Assembly (NCBI GenBank): GCA_947624705.1
Contig: CANQLL010000003.1
Span: forward strand, 1-44,556
Reading direction: 5' to 3'
Length of the DNA: 44,556 bases
From: an uncultured Bacilli bacterium
GTDB taxonomy: Bacteria; Bacillota_I; Bacilli_A; RF39; UBA660
Positions within the stretch are counted from its first letter, which is position 1. Each line of letters opens with the position of its first letter. The notes under the pieces are model-generated. The model searched no databases and had not been told where the DNA came from. It saw only the letters and a list, made by a program, of their open reading frames with translations. The position numbers and the translations under genes are program-made. Below, piece by piece: positions 9,284-18,491 of the stretch.

Positions 9284-10651
9284 ATGAAAAAAGAAATATT
9301 TCGGGAATATGATATAAGAGGAATTTATCCTGAGGAATTAAATGATGAAGATGCTTATACTATTGGTTTAAGTTATGGTTCATTTATTTTCGAAAAATAT
9401 AATCAAAAAGTATGTGTAGTTGGTCAAGATAATCGTTTATCTTCTCCCGCTTTAGCAACTAATTTAATCAAAGGTTTAGTAGATAGTGGTTGTGATGTTT
9501 TTGATTTAGGAGTTTGTACTACTCCCATGTTTGCCTACGCCGCCTTAAAAACTAATATTATTTTTGGTTTAATGGTTACAGCTAGTCATAATCCCAAAGA
9601 ATATAATGGTTTTAAAATGACTTTTGATAATTTAGGAATGGCTCGCGGAAAACAGATTTATGATTTTCGAGATTTTACTTTTAAAAAGGAATTTAAACAA
9701 GGCAAAGGAAATGTAACTAAATTTAATATATTACCTTATTATACTTCTTTAATAAATAGTAGTATCAAAATGAATGATAAAAAATTAAAAGTTGTTATTG
9801 ATCCCGGCAATGGTACGACTTCCCTCTTTGCTAAAGATATTTATCAAAACTTTCCTAATTTAGATATTGTAATGATTAATGATACAAGTAATCCAACGTT
9901 TCCCAATCATCATCCTGATCCTAATGTGGCGGAAAATTTAAAAATGTTACAGGCCAAAGTTTTAGAAACAAAAGCTGATATTGGCCTAGCTTACGACGGA
10001 GATGGCGATCGCTTAGGTGTTGTTAATGATCAAGGGCAAATTGTTACTACAGAATATTTAATGATTTTAATTATTCGTAGTTTAATTAATAAAGTTACTA
10101 ATAAAACTTTCTTATATGATGTTAAATGTTCAAAAGTTTTAGAAGAAGAGATCAAAAAATTAGGGGGGAATTCTTTAGAATATCGAACTGGAGCATCTTA
10201 CACAAGAGCTAAAGTTAATGAAGATAATCTCGCCTTTGGCGGGGAATATTCTGGTCATTTATTCTTTAATGACCGGTGGCCAGGAATTGATTCGGGAATT
10301 TATAATGGTCTTAGAATTTTAGAAATTCTAAGTCATTCAGATTTAAAATTAAGTCAAATGTTTAATGATCTTCCTCAATATTTAATTACCCCCGAAATTA
10401 AAATTAAAGTAGCTGATAATGAAAAGTTTTCAATTGTAAATGAAATGAAAGTTGAATATGAAAAATTAAATTATCATTTATTAGCAATTGACGGGATTAA
10501 AGTTTTTTATGAAAATGGTTGGGTATTATTAAGAGCGAGTAACACAACCCCATGCTTAACTTATCGAATCGAAGCTGATACTAAAGAAAATCAAAATGCA
10601 ATCAATAATCATTTTATGAGTTTATTGCAAAAGTATTTACTTAAGCAATAA
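9284..10651 (+). CDS. Phosphomannomutase/phosphoglucomutase
   Basis: IFREYDIRG, TASHNP catalytic loop, DGDGDR metal loop, GEYSGH, RASNT. Confidence 0.95.
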   Translation: MKKEIFREYDIRGIYPEELNDEDAYTIGLSYGSFIFEKYNQKVCVVGQDNRLSSPALATNLIKGLVDSGCDVFDLGVCTTPMFAYAALKTNIIFGLMVTASHNPKEYNGFKMTFDNLGMARGKQIYDFRDFTFKKEFKQGKGNVTKFNILPYYTSLINSSIKMNDKKLKVVIDPGNGTTSLFAKDIYQNFPNLDIVMINDTSNPTFPNHHPDPNVAENLKMLQAKVLETKADIGLAYDGDGDRLGVVNDQGQIVTTEYLMILIIRSLINKVTNKTFLYDVKCSKVLEEEIKKLGGNSLEYRTGASYTRAKVNEDNLAFGGEYSGHLFFNDRWPGIDSGIYNGLRILEILSHSDLKLSQMFNDLPQYLITPEIKIKVADNEKFSIVNEMKVEYEKLNYHLLAIDGIKVFYENGWVLLRASNTTPCLTYRIEADTKENQNAINNHFMSLLQKYLLKQ

Positions 10652-10734
10652 ACTTTTTTATTAATTTAAAAAATATAAATGTTGTTTATTTTACATTTAT
10701 ATTTTAATCTAACCAAAATTAATTTCACAAAGCC

Positions 10735-13128
10735 CTATTTGATATTGATTGGATTATCTACTTCACCCGTACCGGAATATGTTAGATTATCAGTTTTTAG
10801 ATTGATAACTGGCACCACGGCTCCGATATCATTATTGGCACTGACGTAGCTTAAGGAACCTGGAGTGCTAGCATCTAACACATAAACATGGCTATTAGAA
10901 TTGTTAGGCGAGGCCGTCCAATAACCATAACTTCTTCTTAAATAATTTTGCTCGGATGCATAAGTATTATATGATAATCCTCCCATTGCTAGTTCATCAG
11001 CTGTTATTAAGCCTATTTTACTTTTATATAGTCCCCCATATGTTCTTGATTGTTTATTTTTATTTACTTGTTCCGGACATACCAGGGTTGGGGTTACATT
11101 TGTTGAATTTGAAACTAATCTCTGGTACGCTCCATAATATAAAGTTGACGTTGAACTTGTATTATCTACTCCACTTCCATAACTAATATCATTACAAAAT
11201 AAACCATATGCTATTTGTTCATCATATTCATTTAAATTTGTTTTATACCACTCTTCTAAGGCATTTTTGATTGTACTATTTGTTCCTCCATTTTCATTTG
11301 TAAAAGTTTTTGTTCCTTTATTATATGTTACTTGACACGGGGAATTTATTGGACATGAATTTCCTCCACTGGTATAGCCTACTTTTTCATGTTCAGGTGT
11401 TGATGACTGCCAAGTATAATAATTATATTTTGAATTATTTGTTAATTTATCTTTTAACATTAATCGGACTGTTCCGTCCCCATTGACTCTTAGAATGCGC
11501 CATTCTTGGTCACCAAATTTGACATAGTTATTATCTACTTGACCTCGGAAGATATAACTTGTTCCACTATCATCTTGAGTGGCGTACAATCCACTTCCCG
11601 CTTTTATTTGGGCATCTGTTAAACTTTCACCTTCTGGTGGAAATCCTTTTGTGAAGTCAGGGTTGGTTACTTTTGGATAATTGGCTATTATCCATTCATT
11701 TAATTTCATTCTTTTAAAATTGACTGTACACTCTGTATCTTTACTTGGACTAGTTATGGTTAATGTATTATTTGCTTCATTATAACTTCCATTTTGTCCA
11801 TTTGTACATGTTACTCCTTTACTTGAATCATATACATAGCCAGAATTTGGATATACTTTCATTGTTGCCGTTGTTTTATAATCTGTTGTTTTAGTAATGT
11901 TTTCTCCTTCACTTATTACATATGGACTGCCGCTACTTCCACTTCCTGTTGCCATTACATCGGCTTTTAAATTGATAACTGGCCGCACTCCGCTAGAAGT
12001 ATTATTGACAGTAACGTCGTAAAGGTAGCCACTGTTGCCGCGAAGAACATAAGCATTGCCACTACTGAAGTAGTAAGGCGACAGGCCCCACCATGGAACA
12101 CCCTTATATAAATAATTACTACTTAAAGCATATGGACTACTATAAGCAAATCCTGCATAATTCATCTCATCAGCACTTAATAAACCTATCTTTAATTTAT
12201 ATAATCCTCCATAGGTATGATATCTTGTTCCATTTACTGTTGTGGTGTCTGTATTTGAGTAACCTGTCCCTGCTGTCGGATTTGGACATATTAAAGTGGG
12301 TTGCCCATATTTTGATGAACTTTTATTTGCAACTCTTTCGTACGCTCCATAATATGTAGTACTTGCTTCACTTCCACTTGCAAAACTAGTGTCATTACAA
12401 TATGTTCCATAGGCTATTTTACTATCATAATTTCTTAAATTATTATAATACCATGTCTCTAATTGTGTTTTTACATTACTATTTGTTCCTCCATAAGTAT
12501 TACTAAAGGTTGCACTATTATTATATGTACTTTGACATGGACTACTTGTTGTACACGGAGTGCTATTATTATATGTATAACCTGTGTACATTCGAGCATT
12601 AGATGAATTATTAAATGTATAGCCACCTATATTTTCATCTAATATGATTCTTATTGTTCCATCTCCATTTATTCGCACTATTCTCCATGTCTTTTCGGCA
12701 AATTTTACATAATTATTAACATTTCCTCTAAAGTAATAACTTGTTCCAGTTTCATCAGAAGTACTAAATAAGCCACTTCCTCCAACACTATTTCCACTTG
12801 CGGGTGGTTCTCCTATGGTGAAATCTGGGGTTACGGTTTTAAGAGTATTATTTTTTAATATTTTATCTACTAAACTTCCCTCTACATATCCATTATTTGC
12901 TTTAACATTTATTTTTATTTTTTTACTAGCAGTTGTTTTAAATGCTGAATATCTTCCTGAGGAAAAGGAATACATAGCCATACTTCTATAAATAAATATA
13001 CTTAATATTGCTACTCCTATAATACTAAACATTGTTACATATTTAAATTTTTTGCTATGTATTCCTTTTCCCTGAACTTTTTTTAATTCTTTTTTATAGT
13101 TAAATGGTTTTAACTTTATTTTCTTCAT
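10735..13128 (-). CDS. Membrane-anchored surface protein with two tandem CLec-like (DUF6273-like) domains and an Ig-like linker
   Basis: N-terminal basic stretch plus TM. The domain YxFRGxVxNNYVKF..WRI.R.NGDGT.R...GGLYKxKIGL..ADE...W..SP...VxPVINLK occurs twice. The fold call is inferred from the W..SP...GVRP end. Confidence 0.7.
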   Translation of the reverse strand: MKKIKLKPFNYKKELKKVQGKGIHSKKFKYVTMFSIIGVAILSIFIYRSMAMYSFSSGRYSAFKTTASKKIKINVKANNGYVEGSLVDKILKNNTLKTVTPDFTIGEPPASGNSVGGSGLFSTSDETGTSYYFRGNVNNYVKFAEKTWRIVRINGDGTIRIILDENIGGYTFNNSSNARMYTGYTYNNSTPCTTSSPCQSTYNNSATFSNTYGGTNSNVKTQLETWYYNNLRNYDSKIAYGTYCNDTSFASGSEASTTYYGAYERVANKSSSKYGQPTLICPNPTAGTGYSNTDTTTVNGTRYHTYGGLYKLKIGLLSADEMNYAGFAYSSPYALSSNYLYKGVPWWGLSPYYFSSGNAYVLRGNSGYLYDVTVNNTSSGVRPVINLKADVMATGSGSSGSPYVISEGENITKTTDYKTTATMKVYPNSGYVYDSSKGVTCTNGQNGSYNEANNTLTITSPSKDTECTVNFKRMKLNEWIIANYPKVTNPDFTKGFPPEGESLTDAQIKAGSGLYATQDDSGTSYIFRGQVDNNYVKFGDQEWRILRVNGDGTVRLMLKDKLTNNSKYNYYTWQSSTPEHEKVGYTSGGNSCPINSPCQVTYNKGTKTFTNENGGTNSTIKNALEEWYKTNLNEYDEQIAYGLFCNDISYGSGVDNTSSTSTLYYGAYQRLVSNSTNVTPTLVCPEQVNKNKQSRTYGGLYKSKIGLITADELAMGGLSYNTYASEQNYLRRSYGYWTASPNNSNSHVYVLDASTPGSLSYVSANNDIGAVVPVINLKTDNLTYSGTGEVDNPINIK

Positions 13129-13180
13129 TTTCTTTCATCTCCTATTATGTAAAGTATATTTTCTAGGTTTACATAATAAT

Positions 13181-13208
13181 ATTTTAACCCCCCCCGACTT
13201 TTTGTCAA
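13181..13208 (-). promoter_or_regulatory. SigA-type promoter with a G8 homopolymer in the spacer
   Basis: Minus strand TTGACA-aaaagtcGGGGGGGGt-TAAAAT (16-nt spacer) upstream of the 797-aa gene. Confidence 0.7.
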
Positions 13209-13283
13209 GAAAAAGAAGCTTACTTTACACTTTTTTCTTTTGGCAAATGTTAAGCGTTAAAAAAAGAGGTAATCCCCCTTTTA

Positions 13284-13427
13284 TTAATAATAGACTATAC
13301 CAGCAAGGATTATTGCTAGTAAAATATATAAGACAATGATAAAGTATGCATTGCTGCAACCGCAATTATTGTTATTTTTCTTTTGACAAGATTTTTGTGG
13401 TTTGCAACAAGAACTTGAAGTACTCAT
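13284..13427 (-). CDS. Cys-rich YjcZ/SscA-like sporulation microprotein (47 aa), not in the ORF track
   Basis: MSTSSSCCKPQKSCQKKNNNNCGCSNAYFIIVLYILLAIILAGIVYY*; AGGAGG RBS; followed by a hairpin and T-run (about 13259-13282). Confidence 0.75.
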   Translation of the reverse strand: MSTSSSCCKPQKSCQKKNNNNCGCSNAYFIIVLYILLAIILAGIVYY

Positions 13428-13452
13428 AGGATACCCTCCTTTATTTAATTTA

Positions 13453-13542
13453 TTAGATAAATGCTCCTACAATGATTATTAAAAGTATGAATAGCACTAG
13501 GATTATTGCAGGTCCTAAGCATCCGCAGCCATTGTTGTTCAT
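13453..13542 (-). CDS. YjcZ/SscA family sporulation microprotein (29 aa), not in the ORF track
   Basis: MNNNGCGCLGPAIILVLFILLIIIVGAFI*; AAGGAGG RBS; the VLFILLIIIVGA segment matches the family signature. Confidence 0.82.
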   Translation of the reverse strand: MNNNGCGCLGPAIILVLFILLIIIVGAFI

Positions 13543-13666
13543 AAATCATTCCTCCTTTTTTGTCTTTTCACTAATATAGTATACGAAACCCAGAATTTGT
13601 GTGAGTATTTAGGTTGTATTTTTCGAAAATGATTGATATAATTGGTTATGTTTAGGAGGAAAATAA

Positions 13667-14692
13667 ATGAAAAAGAAAATTGTTATTTTAGGAGTTTGTA
13701 TGCTACTTGTAGCTGGTTGTGGAAAAGAAGTTCCTAAATTAAAAGACGGAAGTGAAGCAGTTGTAACACTAAAGGAAGGAAATATTAGTGCAAATGAGTT
13801 GTATAGCGAAATAAAAGATACTTATGGTTTATCAACTTTAGTTAATATGATTGATAAAAAAATCTTAGAACAAGAATATAAAGATGATTTAGAAGATGCT
13901 AAATCATCAGCTAAAACGCAAGTTGAACAAATTCAAAATCAATATGGTGATAATGCTTTAGCAGCAATTCAACAATATACTGGTTTTTCAACAATAGAAG
14001 CTTATCAAGATTATTTATATATTGCTTATTTACAAAATTTAGCTGTTGAAGATTATGCTAAAGCGCAAATAAGTGATGATCAAATTAATAAATATTATGA
14101 AGATGAAATTAAAGGTGATATTAAAGTTAGTCATATTTTAATTACTCCAGATGTAAAAGATGATATGAGTGAAGACGATAAGACTAAAGCGGAAAATAAA
14201 GCGAAAGAAGAAGCAGAAAAAATCATAAAAGAATTAAATGAAGCTGATGATAAAGCTAAAAAATTTAGTGAACTTGCTAAAAAAAGTTCTGATGATGATG
14301 CTACAAAAGATAAAGATGGCGATTTAGGTTATATCAATACCGATACTTTATCAAGCGATTATGATGGTTTTGCTGATGCTGCTTATGCTCTTAAAGATAA
14401 TGAATATACTAAAGAACCAGTAAAAACAGCGTTAGGATATCATGTTATTTTAAGAACAAAAACTAAAGAAAAAGCTAAATTAGATAAAGTTAAAGATAAA
14501 ATTATTGAAACATTATCAAGTGATTTAATTAGTAATGATGCTACAACTTCAATCAACGCTTTACAAGATATTCGTAAAAAATATGGTGTAGAAATTAAAG
14601 ATAGTGAACTTAATAAACAATATTCTAACTACATTCAAAATTCTTTAAGTAGTGCTATTGAACAAAATTCCAGTAAAAATGAGCAAGAATAA
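13667..14692 (+). CDS. prsA: Foldase PrsA (parvulin PPIase lipoprotein)
   Basis: Lipobox LVAGC; SHILI, FSELAKKSSDD, GDLGY, GYHVI motifs. Confidence 0.92.
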   Translation: MKKKIVILGVCMLLVAGCGKEVPKLKDGSEAVVTLKEGNISANELYSEIKDTYGLSTLVNMIDKKILEQEYKDDLEDAKSSAKTQVEQIQNQYGDNALAAIQQYTGFSTIEAYQDYLYIAYLQNLAVEDYAKAQISDDQINKYYEDEIKGDIKVSHILITPDVKDDMSEDDKTKAENKAKEEAEKIIKELNEADDKAKKFSELAKKSSDDDATKDKDGDLGYINTDTLSSDYDGFADAAYALKDNEYTKEPVKTALGYHVILRTKTKEKAKLDKVKDKIIETLSSDLISNDATTSINALQDIRKKYGVEIKDSELNKQYSNYIQNSLSSAIEQNSSKNEQE

Positions 14693-14768
14693 GGAACCAA
14701 TTGGTTCTTTTTTCTTGCCTTTTTTATTTTTATTGATATAATAATCATTCTTAGAAAGAAGGAAAATT

Positions 14769-15182
14769 ATGAAATCAAAAATATTTAAAACAATTAAAAA
14801 TCCAAAACTTTATGCTTTTGGTTTAGCTAGTATTTTATCACTTAGTTCTTTAAGTGGATGCTTAAACCAAGATACTAATACTGAAATAATTAATAATGAA
14901 AATCAAATTACAAATGATGAACAAATAGAACCTATAACTAAAACTTTTAATCCGGGTGAGCATATTATTTCGGAACCTTACTTGTATAACGCAATTAGTA
15001 ATAAATATCAGCAATATCCTTATCATCCCGGTTATATTATAGTTGACATTGAACAAATTCGTAATGTTGTAACATTTTTTTATCAAAATGAAAAAACTGT
15101 AGAATGCACATCTAATGAAAATGGCGAATTTATCGAGTTTGGTACTCCAGTTGAACAAGAAAAAACTTTAACTTTAAAATAA
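14769..15182 (+). CDS. Lipoprotein, single-domain member of a tandem family
   Basis: Lipobox LSGC; one F.PGEHII...HPGY...FGTP domain; ends EQEKTLTLK. Confidence 0.8.
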   Translation: MKSKIFKTIKNPKLYAFGLASILSLSSLSGCLNQDTNTEIINNENQITNDEQIEPITKTFNPGEHIISEPYLYNAISNKYQQYPYHPGYIIVDIEQIRNVVTFFYQNEKTVECTSNENGEFIEFGTPVEQEKTLTLK

Positions 15183-15218
15183 CTACCCTTTGGGGAAGTT
15201 ATTTTATTTTTAAAAAGA

Positions 15219-15247
15219 TTGACTTTCTTTATGCAAATAAATATAAT
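15219..15247 (+). promoter_or_regulatory. SigA promoter (duplicated at 15978-16006)
   Basis: TTGACT-N17-TATAAT in both repeat copies; the TTG used as start in the ORF track is this -35 box. Confidence 0.8.
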
Positions 15248-15272
15248 AATAATCACTAGAAATGAGGTATTT

Positions 15273-15941
15273 ATGATAAATTATAATTTTTTTAAGAATA
15301 ATAAATCTAAATTAGTAGCTTGTAGCTTAGCAGGGATAATGTCATTAGGAATTTCAAGTTGTAATGATAAAACTAAAGAAACAGATGCAAAGACGCCTAC
15401 GGAAAGAGTCGAGATTACAAAATTTTTTGATGTAGGAAAGCACATTATTTCTGAACCTATTGAATATAGCACTGCCAACATTAGGCAATATCATAATCAT
15501 CCAGGATATAAATGTGTTGATATAACGTTGGGTGATGGAAAATTTTACCATAGTGCTTTACTCTTTATTAATGATTATCCCGTTGATGTCAAACCAACCC
15601 TTAAAAATCAGACGTTAAATTATAATAATTTTGGTACTCCTCGAAATTATTCCGTAGTTGAAAAAAGTATAACAAATAATTGCAAAGAATTTTTACCAGG
15701 TGAACATATTTTGTTAGTCCATTTAGAGGACAAAAATATTCAAAACAACCAAATTTTTGAAACTTATGATGGTTATGAAATTATGGGTATAAGCTATGCA
15801 TCTAATTGGAATCCGATAGTTTTATATGTAAACAAAGAAAATGTTATTTGCGAAATAACTGGTTATGATAAAAACAATAATCCTGAATTTTTAAAGTTTG
15901 GTACTCCAGTTGAACAAGAAAAAACTTTAACTTTAAAATAA
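15273..15941 (+). CDS. Lipoprotein, two-domain member of the tandem family
   Basis: GAGGT RBS then ATG at 15273; lipobox ISSC; internal domain duplication. Confidence 0.82.
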   Translation: MINYNFFKNNKSKLVACSLAGIMSLGISSCNDKTKETDAKTPTERVEITKFFDVGKHIISEPIEYSTANIRQYHNHPGYKCVDITLGDGKFYHSALLFINDYPVDVKPTLKNQTLNYNNFGTPRNYSVVEKSITNNCKEFLPGEHILLVHLEDKNIQNNQIFETYDGYEIMGISYASNWNPIVLYVNKENVICEITGYDKNNNPEFLKFGTPVEQEKTLTLK

Positions 15942-16028
15942 CTACCTTTTTAGGAAGTTATTTTATTTTTAAAAAGATTGACTTTCTTTATCCAAATAAA
16001 TATAATAATCACTAGAAATGAGGTATTT

Positions 16029-16700
16029 ATGATAAATTATAATTTTTTTAAGAATAATAAGTCTAAATTAGTAGCTTGTAGTTTAGCAGGAATTATGTCT
16101 TTAGGAATTTCAGGTTGTAATGATAAAACTAAAGAAACAGATACAAAGACGCCTATAGAAACAGTTGAAAATACAAAGCTTTTTGATGTTGGAAAGCATG
16201 TTGTTTCTGAACCTATTGATTATGATACTGCCAATATTAGGCAATGCCATAATCATCCGGGATATAAATGTATTGATATAACTTCGTCAGTTGGATTTTC
16301 TTTTAACTATAGTACTTTAATCTTTATTAATGATTACCCTGTTGATGTCAAACCAACACTTAAAGATAAGACCTTAAATTATAATAATTTTGGTACACCT
16401 CAAAATTATTCCGTAGTTGAAAAAAGTATAACAAATAATTGCAAAGAATTTTTACCAGGTGAACATATTTTGTTAGTCCGTTTAAAGGATAAAAATATTA
16501 AAAACAACCAAATTTTTGAGGCTTATGATGGTTATGAAATTATGGGTGTAAGCTATGCAAATAATTCTGATCCGATAGTTTTATATGTAAACAAAGAAAA
16601 TGTTATTTGTGAAATAACTGGTTATGATGAAAATAATAATCCTGAATTTTTAAAGTTTGGTACACCAGTTGAACAAGAAAAATCTTTAACTTTAAAATAA
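16029..16700 (+). CDS. Lipoprotein, close paralog of the preceding gene
   Basis: GAGGT RBS then ATG at 16029; lipobox ISGC; near-identical C-terminal half. Confidence 0.82.
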   Translation: MINYNFFKNNKSKLVACSLAGIMSLGISGCNDKTKETDTKTPIETVENTKLFDVGKHVVSEPIDYDTANIRQCHNHPGYKCIDITSSVGFSFNYSTLIFINDYPVDVKPTLKDKTLNYNNFGTPQNYSVVEKSITNNCKEFLPGEHILLVRLKDKNIKNNQIFEAYDGYEIMGVSYANNSDPIVLYVNKENVICEITGYDENNNPEFLKFGTPVEQEKSLTLK

Positions 16701-16716
16701 CTACCCTTTTGGGAAG

Positions 16717-17487
16717 TTATTTTATTTTTTCAATAAAATCATTTATTTGGTCAATACTATAACCTTTTGTATATAATTTATTTTTTAAATAATATATTAA
16801 TTCTTCTTTCTTTTCATATTTCTTTTGTAATTTTTGATAAATTAAATTAGCTTCTTTATTAAAATTATTACTATCTTCTATCTTAATTTCTTGAATTAAA
16901 AAATTAGTCATTTCATTATTATATCCCTCTTTAAAAAGATAATCTTTAATTTTTCTTTTAAATATTTGTTCACTATTTTTATTAACTTTTAATCTTTTAT
17001 TAATTATTTTAACAATTTTCTCTTGCCAAATATCAGGTGATATTTGGCTTAATTTTTCTTCAATTAAATTAATATCTAAATCTTGATTAACTAAATCATT
17101 TTTAATTTTTAAAGGTCCATTTAAAGTTAAAGTTACTTTATCTTTAATGTAATATCCAATATATTTTTCTTCATCAATATAACCTTCTTTTTCTAATCTA
17201 TTAATTGTTTTATTAATAATATTTTCTGAATAATTATCTTTTTTTAAATAAGTAGTAATTTCTTTTTTAGTACGCATTTTAAAAGTTAAATATTTTAAAG
17301 ATTTATAATAACTTTCTAATTCATTATTAAAATTTTTAATTTTAATAAATTCATTTTCAGTTAATGATTTATGATTAAGTAAATTAAATTTTAAAATTAC
17401 ATCATCATATAAAGTTATTTCGGGATGATCTTTAAAAATAATTTTATATTTATTATTATTTAATTTTTGAAATTTAATTATTTGCAT
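16717..17487 (-). CDS. recX: Recombination regulator RecX
   Basis: SLKYLTFKMRTKKEI, L...GYIDE..Y, GPLKIK..L, L..KGY motifs of long Firmicute RecX. Confidence 0.88.
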   Translation of the reverse strand: MQIIKFQKLNNNKYKIIFKDHPEITLYDDVILKFNLLNHKSLTENEFIKIKNFNNELESYYKSLKYLTFKMRTKKEITTYLKKDNYSENIINKTINRLEKEGYIDEEKYIGYYIKDKVTLTLNGPLKIKNDLVNQDLDINLIEEKLSQISPDIWQEKIVKIINKRLKVNKNSEQIFKRKIKDYLFKEGYNNEMTNFLIQEIKIEDSNNFNKEANLIYQKLQKKYEKKEELIYYLKNKLYTKGYSIDQINDFIEKIK

Positions 17488-17519
17488 AAAACCTCCTACT
17501 TTGAAAAAAAGAATATAAT

Positions 17520-18482
17520 TTATTTTTTATATTCTTGACATGCTTTATCTAAAGCATTAATTAATTTATCAATATCTTCTTCTTTATCAGTTCTAACCCC
17601 ACTGGCAAATTTGTGACCTCCCCCGCCATATAAAGAAGCAATTTCATTAATAACTGGACCGCGCGAACGAATATTTACTTTATAAATATTGGTTCTTTCA
17701 TCATAAGTTACAAATAGCCAAACTAAAACTTCTTTAATAAAATTAAAATCATTTATCATGTTAGAAGCTGTGGCATGATCAACATTAAATTCATTAATTA
17801 TTTTATTATCTAATTTAAGATAAGCAAGTCCACTATCTAAAAGGGTTAAATTTTGAGAAAGATAACCATGAAATTTAATTTCATTAATTGGTCTTTCATA
17901 AAGCAAAGGATAATATTTTGTAAAATCTAAATGGGATTTTTGAATTAATTGGGTAATTAATTCAAAAGTCTTAGTTGTTGTATAAGGAAGTAAGAAACGA
18001 TCACTATCCGATACAACTCCTAAGAAAAGATTACGAGCTACTTCTTCTGTTAATCTTAAAGAAGAATTTAAAATAAGTTCAATAATTAATTGACAAGTAG
18101 AAGAAGCAGTTTCATCAACCCATTCAATTTTTCCCATTTTATCTTCATAGGGATGATGATCAATTTTAATTACTTGTTTAAATTTAGCATAATCATCAAC
18201 ATCAACTCGACTAATATTAGGAACATCTAAAACAATTAGAATAGCTTTTTCATAATTTGGTTCACCAATTTTATCAAGTTCACCAAAATATTTAAATTTG
18301 CTAACCGAAGTTCCAACAGCCAAAACTTTCTTATTTTTATAAGTGGCTTTAATAGTATCTCTTAAAGCCGTTTGACTCGCTATCGCATCCGGATCAGGCC
18401 CAATATGGCGAGCAATATAAATTTCATCGGCCATTTTAATGGCTTTAATTATTTTTTTGATTATTGGTTTGATAAAAACCAC
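17520..18482 (-). CDS. nrnA: Bifunctional oligoribonuclease/pAp phosphatase NrnA (DHH/DHHA1)
   Basis: HIGPDPDA, IDHH, G+VSDS, GGGGHKFASG motifs. Confidence 0.92.
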   Translation of the reverse strand: MVFIKPIIKKIIKAIKMADEIYIARHIGPDPDAIASQTALRDTIKATYKNKKVLAVGTSVSKFKYFGELDKIGEPNYEKAILIVLDVPNISRVDVDDYAKFKQVIKIDHHPYEDKMGKIEWVDETASSTCQLIIELILNSSLRLTEEVARNLFLGVVSDSDRFLLPYTTTKTFELITQLIQKSHLDFTKYYPLLYERPINEIKFHGYLSQNLTLLDSGLAYLKLDNKIINEFNVDHATASNMINDFNFIKEVLVWLFVTYDERTNIYKVNIRSRGPVINEIASLYGGGGHKFASGVRTDKEEDIDKLINALDKACQEYKK

Positions 18483-18491
18483 TTCTTTCTA

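Larger units (their letters stand above)
15136..16729 (+). repeat. Tandem duplication with 759-bp period (gene end, terminator, promoter, gene)
   Basis: The block AGTTTGGTACWCCAGTTGAACAAGAAAAAWCTTTAACTTTAAAATAACTACC...GGAAGTTATTTTATTTTT starts at 15136, 15895 and 16654. Confidence 0.92.

Noticed and set aside
10801-12093. One VR-like segment acting as the template repeat for the other
   Set aside because: Both are in-frame coding, differ at non-adenine positions and in length, and neither is an AAY-rich template; a complete DGR cannot be called from this window.
10956-12359. Plus-strand ORFs 10956..11186 and 12093..12359
   Set aside because: Antisense shadows of the 797-aa gene; they recur because the underlying domain is duplicated.
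14862-15551. Minus-strand ORFs inside the lipoprotein array
   Set aside because: Antisense to well-supported genes, with no RBS or motifs.
15136-16729. Possible CRISPR array
   Set aside because: The repeats are 759 bp apart and separated by whole genes; this is a tandem duplication, and no cas genes are present.
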